This document shows positions 62,435 through 64,000 of a DNA stretch of 64,000 nucleotides, piece by piece. Source of the stretch: an uncultured Nitrososphaerota archaeon (GTDB lineage Archaea; Thermoproteota; Nitrososphaeria; Nitrososphaerales; CADDZS01); contig CAWCYI010000004.1 in the NCBI GenBank assembly GCA_963799845.1, forward strand, positions 1,632,001-1,696,000. Reading direction: 5' to 3'. A program made the position numbers and the translations under genes. The first letter of the stretch is position 1, and every line of letters begins with the position of its first letter. The notes under the pieces are model-generated. The model was given only the letters and a program-made list of their open reading frames with translations. It had not been told where the DNA came from and ran no database searches.

Positions 62435-63286
62435 CTAAATCTCGCCTTTGTGCCCGTGATTATCTTTCGTTCTCGTCCTAAGTTTAAGAAGAATGCTATT
62501 TTCCCGCGTATTGTATGTGGTCTCAAGAACAAAAAATTCTTCGCCACAAATTGATTGGAGAGAGCCCGCGAGCATCCCGTAAATGAAACGCGTGTCAACA
62601 AACGTATGCCCGTCCAGAAGGTGTGGTTGGGAGATCACGACGTCAAACCCGTTCCATATTTTTCTGATGTCGAATATTCCCCAGCCGGCAGCTTTTAGCG
62701 AATCCGCCAGATTCCTCAACTGTGACTCCTGATCCTGAGCAAAATTACTCGACTTCAGTATCTTGGAATTTTCAATGGAATAGTCTTTACCCATCTGGTA
62801 CAAGAACGCGTGACCTCCACTCCCAATTTTCTCAAACATTGTTTGTTCCAACTTGATTAGGGCGTTCAAACCCATTATCACGGCACGATCACCGTCAACG
62901 GTCACGATTGGATATAGGAAGTCGTCAAAGTGCCTCTTCTGGTCGATGTCAACTTCAACCATCTGAATGACTGGGAGATCTTTGAGCTCCTTGATAATTT
63001 GGTCAACCGAACATGAGGAATTTGAAAAATCTGCGTAAAGGATCAGGAGATACGCATTACCCTGCTTGTCCGCGTGGCCGTACGTTACCTCGATGTTAAG
63101 ATTCTGTTTTGCAAAGATACCGGAAATTGACGCAAGAGCTCCAATTTCATTCTTGCAGATAATCATAAACTCAATAACTTTGATGCCCGGAGGTCGGAGG
63201 AGGGCAATATTTCTGGGATAGTTTTTTCTTGTGGGATGTGTTGAATCATTCATTGGAGCTCGCAAGAAGACAATATGGCTATCCAC
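62435..63286 (-). CDS. ACT plus V4R-like domain protein
   Basis: NEIGALASISGIFAKQNLNI (ACT); FLYQMGKDY, AAGWG, FIYGMLAG (V4R-like). Confidence 0.82.
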   Translation of the reverse strand: MDSHIVFLRAPMNDSTHPTRKNYPRNIALLRPPGIKVIEFMIICKNEIGALASISGIFAKQNLNIEVTYGHADKQGNAYLLILYADFSNSSCSVDQIIKELKDLPVIQMVEVDIDQKRHFDDFLYPIVTVDGDRAVIMGLNALIKLEQTMFEKIGSGGHAFLYQMGKDYSIENSKILKSSNFAQDQESQLRNLADSLKAAGWGIFDIRKIWNGFDVVISQPHLLDGHTFVDTRFIYGMLAGSLQSICGEEFFVLETTYNTRENSILLKLRTRTKDNHGHKGEI

Positions 63287-63355
63287 AGTATTTCACCCCA
63301 TCTGTACAATTGTATACAGCATGCGACTTCGAATTTAGTGAATGAGCTGCGTCAG

Positions 63356-64000
63356 TCAGACTGGCGCCAGCGCTTTTCGAGCAGCAATGTAACCCAGGAC
63401 AGCCATGACGACGGCAAACACGATCAGGTACGCACCGTCTCCAGAAAAACTCGATAGCTGAGTCGATGATAGAGTGCCATTGATCATCAGGAGTCTCGCG
63501 GAATTGGTCGCCTTCGTGATCGGGTTGACGTTCGATATGGCTAGTAACCAGCTCGGAAAACCCGCCTGCGGAAATAGCGCAGTGCTCGTGAAGACAAGTG
63601 GAAATGTCGCAAAGTTCACGATTGCAACCAGGGAGTCGATGCTCTTCACTGAAAGCGCGAGAGCGGTGAACACACAGGATAGAGCGAATGCGAGGAGAGC
63701 GAACGAGCCGAATACTCCGATCAAATCGAGAACGCCAAATCCCTTTCCGAGCTCCAGTCCGTTTGGCAGGACAAGCGCGATGATAAATGAGAGAAATGCA
63801 AGTGACATTGCCTTTACCATGTTTTGCAGGACCCCGGAGAAGTAGATTGACGCCCTGGAAATTGGGGCGGTGAGCAGCGTGCTGAGAAAGCCGAGCTGCC
63901 TGTCGAGCACAAGGTCGATCCCACCGAACGCCATGTTGAATACGAGAATCAAACAGATGATCCCGGCGGTCAGGTACGAGATATACGTGGCCGCACCTCC
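63356..64000 (-). CDS. ABC-2 type transporter permease (5' end outside the window)
   Basis: DRQLGFLSTLLTAPISR, FPLVFTSTALFP, NPITKA. Confidence 0.9.
   Translation of the reverse strand, partial: GGAATYISYLTAGIICLILVFNMAFGGIDLVLDRQLGFLSTLLTAPISRASIYFSGVLQNMVKAMSLAFLSFIIALVLPNGLELGKGFGVLDLIGVFGSFALLAFALSCVFTALALSVKSIDSLVAIVNFATFPLVFTSTALFPQAGFPSWLLAISNVNPITKATNSARLLMINGTLSSTQLSSFSGDGAYLIVFAVVMAVLGYIAARKALAPV

Overview
Archaeal genomic window (archaeal-type VapB antitoxin, V4R, Lrp/AsnC and RHH proteins, TATA-like boxes about 25 nt upstream of start codons), probably a non-ammonia-oxidising Nitrososphaerota or related lineage; the taxon is inferred. At least 13 genes are split by small indels, most likely long-read consensus errors. 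Layout: 1-18.8 kb catabolic island (LLM oxidoreductases, GltD-like and SdhA-like flavoproteins, CoA-transferase, creatininase, hydantoinase A/B, Gfo/Idh/MocA, FAD monooxygenase); 19.3-26.3 kb GC-richer pntAB, GcvT-like and amt genes; 35.7-47.5 kb accessory genes including a HIT/editing-less AlaRS/GNAT cluster; 47.6-59 kb amino-acid catabolic cluster; 59.6-64 kb V4R/RHH proteins, a RelE/YafQ-like TA pair and an ABC-2 permease. The main finding is a 9.07 kb element (26377-35447) bounded by identical 207-bp terminal inverted repeats and a perfect 14-bp target-site duplication. It carries a casposase-like cas1 remnant interrupted by an IS630, no recognisable PolB, and cargo including a roughly 1240-aa helical-repeat adenylate cyclase. 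This looks like a non-autonomous cargo-carrying casposon, inserted in a palindromic intergenic site that resembles CRISPR repeats.
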